Below are positions 27,343-38,022 of a stretch of DNA of 64,000 nt, piece by piece. Numbering within the stretch: position 1 is the stretch's first letter; each line of letters begins with the position of its first letter. The notes under the pieces were generated by a model. That model saw only the letters and a list, made by a program, of their open reading frames with translations. It ran no database searches and was not told the origin of the DNA. Source of the DNA: a bacterium (GTDB lineage: Bacteria; Zhuqueibacterota; Zhuqueibacteria; Residuimicrobiales; Krinioviventaceae); assembly GCA_963693055.1 (NCBI GenBank), contig OY843751.1:4672001-4736000 (forward strand), written 5' to 3'. Both the position numbers and the translations under genes were made by a program.

Positions 27343-28884
27343 ATGGATAAAAATCGCGTAGTGGTATTCGACACAACCTTGCGCGATGGTGAACAATCAC
27401 CGGGTGCAAGTTTGGATGTACCCGACAAGGTAGCCATTGCACATCAATTAGCACGTTTAAAAGTAGATGTAATCGAGGCGGGCTTTCCGGTATCATCGGA
27501 AGCCCAGTTTAATGCGGTGAAATTGATTGCTCATGAAGTAAAAGGACCGGTAATTGCGGCTCTTGCCCGATGTGTCGATCTGGATCTGGATAAAGCGGGC
27601 GAAGCCTTGAAAGGAGCAGAAAAACCGCGTATTCATACGTTTGTTGCAACTTCAAAAATACATTTGGAAAAGAAATTCCGTAAATCTGAAGATGAAATCC
27701 TGGAAATGGCTGTTGCCGGGGTAAAACGGGCAAGAAATTACTGCGATGACGTAGAGTTCTCTCCCGAAGACTCGGCACGTACCGGTAAAGAGTTTCTGTT
27801 TCGCATTGTTGAAGCAGCTATCAATGCCGGAGCTACAACCATCAACATTCCGGATACTGTGGGATATTCAAATCCCGAAGAATTCGGTAACTTGATCAAT
27901 CAAATCATGAACACGGTACCCAATGTAGACAAGGCCATTATCAGCGTTCACTGCCACAACGACTTGGGTTTGGCTGTTGCCAATACCCTGGCAGGTGTTC
28001 GTAATGGTGCACGTCAAATTGAAGTCACAGTAAACGGTATTGGTGAACGCGCGGGCAATGCTTCTCTCGAAGAAGTAGTTATGGCATTAAAAACCCGTCA
28101 TAACTATTATAATATCAATACCAACATAAACAGTCAAGAGATCATAAACACCAGTCGTATGGTTAGTAACCTGACAGGTATTATGGTGCAGCCCAACAAG
28201 GCAATTGTAGGTGCAAACGCGTTTGCTCACGAATCCGGTATTCATCAGGATGCCATGATCAAAGATGCCAGTACCTACGAGATCATGACTCCCCACGAAA
28301 TAGGTCTCGATGCAAGTAAAATTGTATTGGGTCGTCATTCCGGCCGTCATGGTTTGAAACAGCGTTTGATTGAACTGGGTTATCATCTGAATCCGGAAGA
28401 ATTGAACCATGTTTATGAAAGATTTCTTGAAATTGCTGATAAAAAGAAGGAAGTCTTTGACGAAGATCTCATTGCACTGGTTGGTGATGAATCTCAGGAT
28501 TATGAAGATGCTTATCACCTCGACTATTTTCATATACTCAGTGGCAACAAGGCTATTCCCACAGCTACTGTTGGATTGAAACACAAAGATGAAATAATTC
28601 AGGATGCTTCCGTTGGTGATGGCCCCATTGACGCAGCTTATAAAGCTATCGACAAGATAGTGAATGTTCCCCTGAAACTGGCAGAATATTCTTTACGCGG
28701 TGTAACCGGTGGTAAAGAAGCAATGGGTGAAGTGGTAGTGCGCGTAATTCAGGACGGCAAAAAATTCCTGGGTCGCGGTGCCAGCACGGATGTCATTGAA
28801 GCAAGTATCAGGGCCTATCTTAATGCTGTGAACAAAAGCATGCATATGCATTCAAAAACCACGGAAGAAAAAGCAGAATTATAG
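27343..28884 (+). CDS. leuA: 2-isopropylmalate synthase
   Basis: [48 protein letters not shown]; C-terminal regulatory domain. Confidence 0.97.
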   Translation: MDKNRVVVFDTTLRDGEQSPGASLDVPDKVAIAHQLARLKVDVIEAGFPVSSEAQFNAVKLIAHEVKGPVIAALARCVDLDLDKAGEALKGAEKPRIHTFVATSKIHLEKKFRKSEDEILEMAVAGVKRARNYCDDVEFSPEDSARTGKEFLFRIVEAAINAGATTINIPDTVGYSNPEEFGNLINQIMNTVPNVDKAIISVHCHNDLGLAVANTLAGVRNGARQIEVTVNGIGERAGNASLEEVVMALKTRHNYYNINTNINSQEIINTSRMVSNLTGIMVQPNKAIVGANAFAHESGIHQDAMIKDASTYEIMTPHEIGLDASKIVLGRHSGRHGLKQRLIELGYHLNPEELNHVYERFLEIADKKKEVFDEDLIALVGDESQDYEDAYHLDYFHILSGNKAIPTATVGLKHKDEIIQDASVGDGPIDAAYKAIDKIVNVPLKLAEYSLRGVTGGKEAMGEVVVRVIQDGKKFLGRGASTDVIEASIRAYLNAVNKSMHMHSKTTEEKAEL

Positions 28885-28892
28885 GACATACA

Positions 28893-29981
28893 ATGAAAAA
28901 AGACAACTATACAATAGCAGTCCTGCCGGGAGATGGTATTGGCCCCGAAGTAGTGGCAGAGGCTGTCAAAGTTCTGGAAACCATCGCAACGACCAGTAAT
29001 TTTACCATTACTGCAAATTACGCCGATGTAGGTGGTGTTGCCATTGATAAATATGACAATCCCCTGCCAGAAGAAACACTAAATACATGTAAACAAGCAG
29101 ATGCCGTTTTACTGGGCGCAATAGGTGCCCCCCAATACGACAATCTGCCCTCAGATAAACGTCCCGAGCGCGGCCTTTTGGGTCTGCGCGCGGGCCTGGG
29201 CCTTTATGCAAATCTGCGTCCGGCCAAGGTTTACCCCAGTCTTGTAGATGCATCAAGCCTGAAACCCGAACTGGTTTCAGGTATTGATATTCTCATTGTC
29301 AGGGAATTAACGGGTGGTATCTATTTCGGCCAACCGCGCGGATTCGACGATAAAGACAATGGCCGTGGATTCAATACCATGGTTTACACAAAACACGAAG
29401 TTGAACGCATTGCCAAGATTGCATTTGATGCAGCACAAAAACGCGGTAAAAAAGTCATGTCTGTTGACAAGGCGAACGTGCTTGAAGTATCACAGTTCTG
29501 GCGGGAACAGGTTATCGACACAGCCAAAGCGTATCCCGATGTTGAACTGGATCACATGTATGTTGACAATTGCGCAATGCAGCTTGTTCGCTGGCCCAAA
29601 CAATTTGATGTTATTGTTACAGGAAACCTGTTTGGAGATATTCTCAGCGATGAAGCATCCATGCTAACAGGCTCTCTCGGCATGCTTCCTTCTGCCAGTA
29701 TGGGTGATGGAACAGCAATGTATGAACCCGTGCACGGTTCCGCGCCTGATATTGCAGGACAAAGTATCGCGAACCCCATTGCAACCATAGCATCAGTAGC
29801 CATGATGTTACGTCATTCAATGGACCGCGCCACAGAAGCAGATGCGCTTGAACAGGCTATCGATGAAATTCTCAAAGATGGTTACCGTACCAAAGATATT
29901 GCCCTTGCAGGTGAAGACACCGTCTCTACCACTCAAATGGGAGATCTGGTTGCGGAAAAGGTTAAATCTTTACTAAATTAA
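28893..29981 (+). CDS. leuB: 3-isopropylmalate dehydrogenase
   Basis: [58 protein letters not shown]. Confidence 0.97.
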   Translation: MKKDNYTIAVLPGDGIGPEVVAEAVKVLETIATTSNFTITANYADVGGVAIDKYDNPLPEETLNTCKQADAVLLGAIGAPQYDNLPSDKRPERGLLGLRAGLGLYANLRPAKVYPSLVDASSLKPELVSGIDILIVRELTGGIYFGQPRGFDDKDNGRGFNTMVYTKHEVERIAKIAFDAAQKRGKKVMSVDKANVLEVSQFWREQVIDTAKAYPDVELDHMYVDNCAMQLVRWPKQFDVIVTGNLFGDILSDEASMLTGSLGMLPSASMGDGTAMYEPVHGSAPDIAGQSIANPIATIASVAMMLRHSMDRATEADALEQAIDEILKDGYRTKDIALAGEDTVSTTQMGDLVAEKVKSLLN

Positions 29982-30006
29982 CAAATATGAATAATGGAGG
30001 CATCAT

Positions 30007-31605
30007 ATGCCGGAACAACTGATCATATATGATACAACACTACGTGATGGTTCACAAAGTGAAGGAATCTCGTTCTCGGCACAGGACAAGTTAATGATCG
30101 CCCAACGTCTCGATGACTTTGGCGTAGATTATATTGAAGGGGGTTGGCCTGGTTCTAACCCCAAAGATATGGAATTCTTTACCCGTGCCGTTGATGTTGA
30201 ATGGAAAAATGCCAAAATTGCGGCATTCGGCAGTACCCGACGTGTAAAATCCAAAGTGTGGGAAGACGCCAATATAAAATTACTGCTGGAAGCCAAAACA
30301 CCGGTAGTAACCATATTTGGCAAAACCTGGGACTTGCATGTAACCGAAGGGTTACGAACAACTCTGGATATTAACCTTGAATTAATTCGGGATTCTATTG
30401 CCTATTTAAAGGATCAGGGTAAAGAGGTGGTATATGATGCTGAACATTTTTTCGACGGATACAAAGACAATCCCGAGTATGCGCTAAAAACGCTCGAGGT
30501 TGCCAAAGATGCTGGTGCGGACTGCCTGGTGTTGTGTGATACCAATGGCGGCACCCTGCCCAGCGAAGTAAAATCCATTATTGATGCGGTTTATGCAACC
30601 AATATTGACATCCCACTCGGCATGCATGCGCATAACGATGGTGATGTTGCTGTTGCGAACAGCATTGTTGCGCTGGAAAACAAAATCATGCATATTCAGG
30701 GCACAATGAATGGTTATGGTGAACGCTGTGGAAACGCAAATTTGTGCACCATCATTGCAAATGCCGCGTTAAAAATGAATATCGGCACATCTGCCAAACT
30801 CAAACTCAACGAACTGACACAATTATCGCGATATGTCAGTGAGATGGCCAATCTCCCCCACCGGGAAGAAATGGCTTTTGTAGGCAACAGTGCTTTTGCT
30901 CACAAAGGCGGTATCCATGTTAGCGCGATACGTCGTAATCGTCGTACGTATGAACATATTGATCCGCTAACCATTGGAAACCGTCAGCGTGTGCTCATTT
31001 CTGACCAGTCCGGTCAAAGTAATATTCTGCAAAAAGCGGAAGAAATGGGCCTTGATCTTTCAAGCAATAAAGAAGCAGTACATGAAATTGTCAATCGCCT
31101 CAAAGACATGGAGCATCTCGGCTATCAGTACGAAGGTGCAGATGGATCTTTTGAGATATTGATTAACAAATCAACCGGCGAGCACAAAGAATTTTTTGAC
31201 CTTGAAAGTGCCCGTGTGATTATTGACAAGCACGAAAAACTCGGTAAACTCTATTCAGAAGCCATGGTAAAAATGAAAGTTGGCGGTAAAGTAGAACATA
31301 CCGCAGCCGAAGGCAATGGTCCGATTGACGCGCTAGACAATGCCATGCGTAAAGCATTGGAACCCTTTTATCCATCACTGAAAAAGATAAAATTAATAGA
31401 TTACAAGGTGCGTGTATTAAACAGCACCCAGGGAACAGCAGCCAAAGTCCGTGTATACATTGAATCTCAGGCTGATGACATGATTTGGGGAACCGTAGGT
31501 GTTTCTGAAAATATCATCGAGGCAAGCTGGCAGGCGCTGGTTGACCGCATCAACTATATGCTGTTAAAGCTGGAAAAGAACAATCTAAATGGTGCAGCAG
31601 ACTGA
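30007..31605 (+). CDS. cimA: Citramalate synthase
   Basis: YDTTLRDGSQSEG, YIEGGWPGSNPKD, YDAEHFFDGYK, LCDTNGG, SAFAHKGGIH, GYQYEGADGSFE. Confidence 0.92.
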   Translation: MPEQLIIYDTTLRDGSQSEGISFSAQDKLMIAQRLDDFGVDYIEGGWPGSNPKDMEFFTRAVDVEWKNAKIAAFGSTRRVKSKVWEDANIKLLLEAKTPVVTIFGKTWDLHVTEGLRTTLDINLELIRDSIAYLKDQGKEVVYDAEHFFDGYKDNPEYALKTLEVAKDAGADCLVLCDTNGGTLPSEVKSIIDAVYATNIDIPLGMHAHNDGDVAVANSIVALENKIMHIQGTMNGYGERCGNANLCTIIANAALKMNIGTSAKLKLNELTQLSRYVSEMANLPHREEMAFVGNSAFAHKGGIHVSAIRRNRRTYEHIDPLTIGNRQRVLISDQSGQSNILQKAEEMGLDLSSNKEAVHEIVNRLKDMEHLGYQYEGADGSFEILINKSTGEHKEFFDLESARVIIDKHEKLGKLYSEAMVKMKVGGKVEHTAAEGNGPIDALDNAMRKALEPFYPSLKKIKLIDYKVRVLNSTQGTAAKVRVYIESQADDMIWGTVGVSENIIEASWQALVDRINYMLLKLEKNNLNGAAD

Positions 31606-32822
31606 TGCAAACAAGAAAATTTAAAATTGAAAAAGGATCCATTACTACACCCAAAGGCTTTCGGGCTGCAGGTGTTCATGCGCGTATCAAACAAAAAGGC
31701 CCGGATCTGGCACTTATCATGAGCGATACCCCCGCAACACTTGGGGCCATGTTTACTACCAACAAAGTACCGGCACATTGTATCAATATCGACCGTGCCA
31801 AAGCTGTCTCGGGGCAGGGACAGGTTTTAGTCATTAACAGCGGCAATGCCAACGCCTGCACCGGTGAGCAGGGCCGTCTTGATGCAGAAGAAATGATAGA
31901 TCGTACTGCCAAAGGTACCAGTACTGATCCCGATCTGGTATACGTTGCCAATACGGGTATCATTGGCGAAAAGCTTCCCATGGATTTGCTGCGCAAAGGA
32001 ATTGACAAAGCGTGCTGTAGTCTTACGGACGACACAGGCGGAGTAGACGCAGCCTGGGCTATTATGACAACAGATACCTATCCCAAACATTTATCTGTCA
32101 CGTTTAAATTAGATGAAAAGCCCGTTACCATTGGCGTCATTGCCAAAGGCAGCGGAATGATTAATCCCAATATGGCTACCATGATCTGCGTCTTTACAAC
32201 AGATGCAGCAATCGCTCCTGAAATGCTGCAACAGGCATTAAAAGAAACGGTTGATGTTTCACTAAACATGCTGACCGTAGATGGTGAAATGAGCACCAAC
32301 GACAGTGTCTTTATATTGGCCAACGGTGCGGCTGAAAACCCCGTCATATCCGAAAAAGATAAAAATTACCAAATATTTCAAAATGCTCTCGAAACACTGG
32401 GCATAGAGATCACCAAACTGATAGCACTGGATGGAGAAGGTGCAACCAAGCTTGTAATTGTAACCGTTGAGGGTGCAAAGACCTATGACGATGCGGTCAA
32501 GGCATCCAACTCTATCGCCAATTCAAACCTCGTTAAAACTGCAATATTTGGCAGAGATCCCAACTGGGGACGTGTTGTACAGGCCATTGGAGCCAGCGGT
32601 GCAGAAGTGGATCTTGATTCGTTCAGCATCCAATTTGCGGGCATATCCGTAGCTGAAAATGGGGGTTCAATCAATTACGATTCCCTTGAAATGCACGTTG
32701 CCCTGCAGAAAAAAGAGGTGCACATTCACGCTGATCTGGGAGTAGGTAAAGAAAGCGCAACCGTTTATACCTGCGACCTCACTCATGACTATATCAGTAT
32801 TAACGCGGAATATCACACATAG
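31605..32822 (+). CDS. argJ: Bifunctional glutamate N-acetyltransferase/ornithine acetyltransferase
   Basis: INSGNANACTG, AIMTTDT, AKGSGMI.PNMATM, VDGEMSTND, DGEGATK, DPNWGR, INAEYHT. Confidence 0.96.
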   Translation: MQTRKFKIEKGSITTPKGFRAAGVHARIKQKGPDLALIMSDTPATLGAMFTTNKVPAHCINIDRAKAVSGQGQVLVINSGNANACTGEQGRLDAEEMIDRTAKGTSTDPDLVYVANTGIIGEKLPMDLLRKGIDKACCSLTDDTGGVDAAWAIMTTDTYPKHLSVTFKLDEKPVTIGVIAKGSGMINPNMATMICVFTTDAAIAPEMLQQALKETVDVSLNMLTVDGEMSTNDSVFILANGAAENPVISEKDKNYQIFQNALETLGIEITKLIALDGEGATKLVIVTVEGAKTYDDAVKASNSIANSNLVKTAIFGRDPNWGRVVQAIGASGAEVDLDSFSIQFAGISVAENGGSINYDSLEMHVALQKKEVHIHADLGVGKESATVYTCDLTHDYISINAEYHT

Positions 32823-32832
32823 GAGAATCATT

Positions 32833-33678
32833 GTGCTGTTTAGCAGAAAAATAGCATTTATTGGCGCCGGTAATATGGGCGAAGCGCTCCTGGGTGGATT
32901 ATTAAAATCCAACCTGACCAATCCGGAAAATATTATTGCAACCGATGTATTGCAGGAACGACTGGACCTTATATCAGAAAAATGGCAAGTTCAAACAACC
33001 ACAGACAATTTAAAAGCTATCGACTTTGCGGATGTTATTGTACTTTGTGTTAAACCCCAAACCATTGCAGACGTTTTAACCCATATCAAAGCCGGGGTCC
33101 GTTCAGATCAGCTTATTATCTCAATTATTGCCGGTATTACCACCAAAACAATCGACTATTTTATCAACAAAAACAATCCGGTTGTACGCGCCATGCCCAA
33201 CATCCCCGCCGTTGTAGATGAAGGTGCAGCAGGAATTTGCATGGGTGAGCATACGCAAGATATCCATAAAGAGATAGCTCTGGCCATTTTGGGTTCCGTA
33301 GGTACGGTTGAAATTGTTACCGAAGCCCAGATGGATGTTGTCACCGGATTAAGCGGCAGCGGTCCCGCTTATATTTATATGGTTATAGAAGCGCTGACCG
33401 ACGGCGGCGTAATGATGGGGCTGCCCCGCAACGTTGCTACAAAACTCGCAACACAAACCGTTCTGGGTTCAGCCAAGCTGGTTAAAGAAACCAACATTCA
33501 CCCGGCAATTCTCAGAGACCAGGTTACCACTCCGGGTGGAACAACCATCAAAGCCATTCAGGGACTGGAAGAAAACGGACTTCGCCCTATGCTGATCAAA
33601 GCGGTAGAGATTGCTTCTCTGCGTTCTCAAGAATTATCGCATTTCCTGGAAATGCAAAACACAAACAAGAAAAAATAA
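32833..33678 (+). CDS. proC: Pyrroline-5-carboxylate reductase
   Basis: GTG start after AGGAG; FIGAGNMG, VKPQ, RAMPN, SGSGPAY, VTTPGGTT. Confidence 0.95.
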   Translation: MLFSRKIAFIGAGNMGEALLGGLLKSNLTNPENIIATDVLQERLDLISEKWQVQTTTDNLKAIDFADVIVLCVKPQTIADVLTHIKAGVRSDQLIISIIAGITTKTIDYFINKNNPVVRAMPNIPAVVDEGAAGICMGEHTQDIHKEIALAILGSVGTVEIVTEAQMDVVTGLSGSGPAYIYMVIEALTDGGVMMGLPRNVATKLATQTVLGSAKLVKETNIHPAILRDQVTTPGGTTIKAIQGLEENGLRPMLIKAVEIASLRSQELSHFLEMQNTNKKK

Positions 33679-33679
33679 C

Positions 33680-34702
33680 ATGCAAAAGACCATTGGAATT
33701 GTGGGCGCCACCGGTTATACCGGTGAAGAACTGCTCAAAAATTTAACAAACCATCCTGATGTAACGGTGGATTTTGTGACCTCTGAAAAAGAATCCGGTA
33801 ATCCCCTGTCAGATGTTTTTCCGCATTTGCCATATTACAAAGATTTAACTTTTATTTCTGCTAAAGCTGCAACAAAAAAACAGGTAGACCTGGTATTTCT
33901 TTGCTTGCCTGCCGGAGAATCAGTAAAACTGGCCCCGGATTTTCTAACACAAAACATCAAGGTGATTGATCTGGGTGCAGATTTCAGGTTCAATAATGCT
34001 CAGGATTATGAAACCTGGTATCACATGCAGCACAGTGCACCGGTGTTGTTAAGCAAAGCGGCATACGGACTGCCAGAATGGTTCCGCGATCAAATTGCAG
34101 ATGCTAAAATCGTTGGTAATCCCGGTTGTTATCCAACAACGGTATTAACAGCAGTACTTCCCTTGTTAAAAGAGCATATACTGGCAGAAGGTCCTATTAT
34201 TGTAGATTCAAAAAGCGGCGTTTCAGGTGCCGGTAAATCTCCAAACAAAACCACGCATTATGTACAGGTTAATGAAAACTTTTCTCCTTACAAAGTCGGT
34301 CGAGTGCACCGGCATGTGGGTGAAATGGAGCACATTCTCAGTAGAACAGCCAAGCATCCGGTACAGGTGATCTTTACTCCACACCTCACACCCATTACAC
34401 GAGGTATGTTTTCTACTATTTATGTAAACACATATTCAAAACGTGAAACCCAGGACATTCTGGATATTTTCGAACAATATTATACTAACGAACCCTTTGT
34501 TCATGTACTGCCGGGTATACCGGATATTAAAATGGCAGCCAATACCAATTATTGTTTTCTGGGTGCACAATCAGTGCCCGAAACCCACACTGTCATTCTG
34601 TATTCTGCAATTGACAATCTTGGAAAAGGCGCAAGTACCCAGGCAATACAAAATATGAACCTGATGCTGGGCATCCCCGAAACTACAGGACTGATACGAT
34701 GA
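33680..34702 (+). CDS. argC: N-acetyl-gamma-glutamyl-phosphate reductase
   Basis: VGATGYTG, IDLGADFR, GNPGCYPT, SGVSGAG, HRHVGE, IDNLGKGA. Confidence 0.96.
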   Translation: MQKTIGIVGATGYTGEELLKNLTNHPDVTVDFVTSEKESGNPLSDVFPHLPYYKDLTFISAKAATKKQVDLVFLCLPAGESVKLAPDFLTQNIKVIDLGADFRFNNAQDYETWYHMQHSAPVLLSKAAYGLPEWFRDQIADAKIVGNPGCYPTTVLTAVLPLLKEHILAEGPIIVDSKSGVSGAGKSPNKTTHYVQVNENFSPYKVGRVHRHVGEMEHILSRTAKHPVQVIFTPHLTPITRGMFSTIYVNTYSKRETQDILDIFEQYYTNEPFVHVLPGIPDIKMAANTNYCFLGAQSVPETHTVILYSAIDNLGKGASTQAIQNMNLMLGIPETTGLIR

Positions 34703-35472
34703 AGCGCATATTGTTAAAACTGGGTGGTCGTTCTTTTGAATCGCAGGAGGCATTTACAGAACTGGCGCAAGCAATACAAGCTGTTGATGCACAGGTAATC
34801 ATAGTACATGGCGGTGGTTCCGAAATCTCGCAGGCGCTCAAAGATGCGAACCGGGAAACCCGTTTCATAGATGGCATACGCGTTACAGAAAAAAAAGACA
34901 TTGAAATTGTAGACAATGTGCTGTCAAATGTTATCAACTCGCGGATCTCTGGCTATCTTGAGCAGGCCGGGGTTAAATGTACAGGCATGGCTGGCAAGAC
35001 CAATGGAACATTAATTGCCGAACCCATTCGTCGCCAGGATTATGATTACGGTTTTGTGGGCCAGATCAAAGCGGTTAATCCCGGTTATGTCTGGCAGCAG
35101 TTAAAAAACAATGCGGTACCGGTTGTGTCTCCCATTTCTGCGGACGAAGCGGGTAACAGCTATAATGTAAATGCAGATAGTGCCGCGGCAGCCCTTGCCG
35201 TAGGCTCACAATGCACGGACCTGATCTATTTTTCTGATGTACCCGGTGTAAAAGCAAATGATGAAATCCTTGCATCTCTAACCGCTGAACAAACACAGGA
35301 ACTCATTGCGAAAGGGATCATCAGAGACGGCATGGTAGCCAAAATGGAGTCTGCTTTTTACGCGCTCAACGGAAATGTAGAGCGTGTGCATATCACCTGC
35401 TGGCAGGGCCCTAAAACATTGGCTCAAATACTTGACCAATCCCACGCATTTGGTACAACCATACATATTTAG
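34699..35472 (+). CDS. argB: Acetylglutamate kinase
   Basis: KLGG, VHGGG, DGIRVT, GFVG, NVNAD..A, SDVPGV, GMVAK. Confidence 0.95.
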   Translation: MKRILLKLGGRSFESQEAFTELAQAIQAVDAQVIIVHGGGSEISQALKDANRETRFIDGIRVTEKKDIEIVDNVLSNVINSRISGYLEQAGVKCTGMAGKTNGTLIAEPIRRQDYDYGFVGQIKAVNPGYVWQQLKNNAVPVVSPISADEAGNSYNVNADSAAAALAVGSQCTDLIYFSDVPGVKANDEILASLTAEQTQELIAKGIIRDGMVAKMESAFYALNGNVERVHITCWQGPKTLAQILDQSHAFGTTIHI

Positions 35473-35479
35473 GATAAAA

Positions 35480-36676
35480 ATGAACACAAAAGAACTCATA
35501 GCAGCCGAAAAACAGACCATTCTGGGTACATATACCCGTCCCGAGTTTGTGATCACTCACGGAAAAGATGTCTACCTGTACGATGCAGAAGGTCGTGAAT
35601 ATCTCGATTTTGTATCCGGAATTGCTGTTAACGCTTTCGGATATAGTGATTCAGAGGCTAAAAACACGCTAACTGAACAGTCTGAAAAACTCTGGCACTG
35701 CTCAAATCTTTACTATACCGAGCCCCAGGTAAAACTGGCACAATTTCTTGTAAATCACACATTTGCTGATAAATTATTCTTTTGCAACAGCGGTACCGAA
35801 GCCATGGAAGCTGCAATTAAATTCGCAAGAAAGTGGGCGTCTATGACAAAAGGACCGGATAACCATCAAATACTCGCATTTAACCGCTCGTTTCATGGGC
35901 GGACTTTTGGAGGTCTTTCTGCAACCGGCCAACCCAAATTCTGGGAACACTTTGGCCCCATGCTTGAAGGATTCGACTTTGCAGAATTTAATGATATTGA
36001 ATCAGTTAAAAATAAAATAACCGATAAAACCTGTGCTGTCATTGTGGAACCGGTACAAGGTGAAGGCGGCATTTATCCCGCTAATGTTGAATTTTTGCAG
36101 CAATTAAAAACTCTTTGCGATGAGCACAATACTCTCCTCATTCTGGATGAGATCCAGTGCGGTTTTGGTAGAACCGGTCACTTTTGCGCTTATGAAAATT
36201 ATGGTATACAACCAGATATATTAACTGCCGCAAAACCCATAGCCGGTGGGCTTCCACTCGGAGCAGTATTGCTGACAGATAAAATTGCCGAACACATTAA
36301 ACCGGGTGACCACGGTACAACCTTTGGCGGCGGCCCCATTGTTACCAGCGTAGCTTTGAATATTCTTGAACGTATTGCAGAGCCTGCATTTCTGGAATCA
36401 GTTAGAGATAAAGGCAGCTATTTGCAGGAACGGTTAACCGCACTGCAAGCAGAGTATCCTGAACTAATAGCTGTTCGGTCCAAAGGACTCATGTTCGGTC
36501 TTGAAATTCAAGGCAGCCCCCAGGATCTGATCAAAGCATGTACGGAACAGGGATTACTAATCTGCAAAACCGGCGGCAATGCCGTACGTTTTTTACCTCC
36601 ATTGATCATAACTCAAGAACAGATCGATGATGGTCTGAACAAATTCAAACTGGCTCTCGACAGTTTAAGAGGATAA
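35480..36676 (+). CDS. argD: Acetylornithine aminotransferase
   Basis: YLDFVSGIAV, FCNSGTEA, SFHGRT, EPVQGEGG, DEIQCG.GRTG, PDILTAAKPIAGG, HGTTFGG. Confidence 0.94.
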   Translation: MNTKELIAAEKQTILGTYTRPEFVITHGKDVYLYDAEGREYLDFVSGIAVNAFGYSDSEAKNTLTEQSEKLWHCSNLYYTEPQVKLAQFLVNHTFADKLFFCNSGTEAMEAAIKFARKWASMTKGPDNHQILAFNRSFHGRTFGGLSATGQPKFWEHFGPMLEGFDFAEFNDIESVKNKITDKTCAVIVEPVQGEGGIYPANVEFLQQLKTLCDEHNTLLILDEIQCGFGRTGHFCAYENYGIQPDILTAAKPIAGGLPLGAVLLTDKIAEHIKPGDHGTTFGGGPIVTSVALNILERIAEPAFLESVRDKGSYLQERLTALQAEYPELIAVRSKGLMFGLEIQGSPQDLIKACTEQGLLICKTGGNAVRFLPPLIITQEQIDDGLNKFKLALDSLRG

Positions 36677-36677
36677 A

Positions 36678-37139
36678 ATGGTAAGACAAGCAAAAATACA
36701 TGATGTACCCGAGATTGTTACACTGATCAATAGTTACGCCCAGCATGGTGTTATGCTGGGTCGTTCACAAATACAAATCTATAACGCATTGCGGGATTTT
36801 GTTGTCATAGAAAACGATGGGCATATTCTGGGTGTTGGTTCATTATCCATTATCTGGAAAGACCTGGCCGAAGTACGATCACTGGCAATAGCCAAAGAAA
36901 TGCATGGAAAAGGATTAGGTAAACAAATTGTAGAATACCTTGTTCAACAGGCACGAGAATTAGAACTGCCACAGGTATTTACACTTACCTATCAACCGGA
37001 ATTCTTTAAAAAAGTAGGGTTTAGTCTGATTGATAAAAAAGAATTGCCCCATAAAGTGTGGAAAGACTGTATTAATTGCCCCAAATTCCCGGATTGTGAT
37101 GAAATTGCACTTATCCGTTATCTCGATCAAGAGAATTAA
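36678..37139 (+). CDS. argA: Short GNAT N-acetylglutamate synthase (amino-acid N-acetyltransferase)
   Basis: W.DLAEVRSLA, GKGLG, VFTLTY...FF.K.GF, LPHKVWKDCINCPKFPDCDE; last gene of the arg cluster. Confidence 0.8.
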   Translation: MVRQAKIHDVPEIVTLINSYAQHGVMLGRSQIQIYNALRDFVVIENDGHILGVGSLSIIWKDLAEVRSLAIAKEMHGKGLGKQIVEYLVQQARELELPQVFTLTYQPEFFKKVGFSLIDKKELPHKVWKDCINCPKFPDCDEIALIRYLDQEN

Positions 37140-38022
37140 GCTTATCAATCAACCAGGGATCATAATCCAAAATAGATTCGGTCCCTGTTTTCACTATCCC
37201 CTGTTCTGTAATCAATCCTGTCAATAAATCCAGAGGAATTGTTTCAAAATATCGATTTATAATATTGACAGGTTTGGGTTTTTCTCGCCAAACTTCTTCT
37301 TCAGGCTTTTTGCTTTCCCCAGGCAGCAAATCCAAATCAGGCACCCTTTTCAAGCTGGACGCAAGCGCATACACCGGTTTATTAAAATGTTCACACAATA
37401 AACACAATGCCAGCGATCCGGTTTTATTGATAAGATTCGTTTCATCATATGCATCAGCACCAATAACAACACAATCCGCCTCTTGTACAGCATCTCCCAT
37501 TGCCGCATCCGTATACAAAGACACGGGTATGGATAGCTGCGTCAATTGTTCAGCGGCTGTTCTGCCCTCATAAACCGGCCGGGCTTCTGTTACAAGAACA
37601 TGAATTGCTTTATCCATAACGGCATGCTCAATTGCGTGCATCACTAAACTGCTGCGGCTGTATGTCAATAGCGTGTTTTGTGGTTTTGTTAGTTGCGTAA
37701 ATCGTTCGGCAATAACTTGTTTTGCCTGAACAGATTGATCAACAACTTTGTCAATTTCCAGTTCAATGATTGATTTAAAATGGGGAATATCAGATTCTTG
37801 TGAGGTTTTTAACAGCACCCGGTTGACCAGGTTTAAAAGAGGCGCCATACGCGGCTGGGCTTGAATTAAATCAAGCCCGGCCTTTTGTATAGCGTTAATA
37901 AATGTATCAAGAGGATATTCTATATTAAACTGATCAATCGTTTCTTTTAAATACAATGCAGATTTTTTCAGTAATTCATCCGTACCAGAAACATGATCAT
38001 TTTGAATATCCGTCAAATTCAA
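37111..38022 (-). CDS. eIF-2B alpha/beta/delta-family (R15P/MTR-1-P isomerase-like) protein
   Basis: SGTDEL, AQPRMAPL, TEARP..EG, TDAAM, VIGAD, NKTGS and FE.IPLDL..G.ITE.G motifs. The TTG start overlaps the upstream stop (TTGA). Confidence 0.8.
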   Translation of the reverse strand: MNLTDIQNDHVSGTDELLKKSALYLKETIDQFNIEYPLDTFINAIQKAGLDLIQAQPRMAPLLNLVNRVLLKTSQESDIPHFKSIIELEIDKVVDQSVQAKQVIAERFTQLTKPQNTLLTYSRSSLVMHAIEHAVMDKAIHVLVTEARPVYEGRTAAEQLTQLSIPVSLYTDAAMGDAVQEADCVVIGADAYDETNLINKTGSLALCLLCEHFNKPVYALASSLKRVPDLDLLPGESKKPEEEVWREKPKPVNIINRYFETIPLDLLTGLITEQGIVKTGTESILDYDPWLIDKLNSLDRDNG

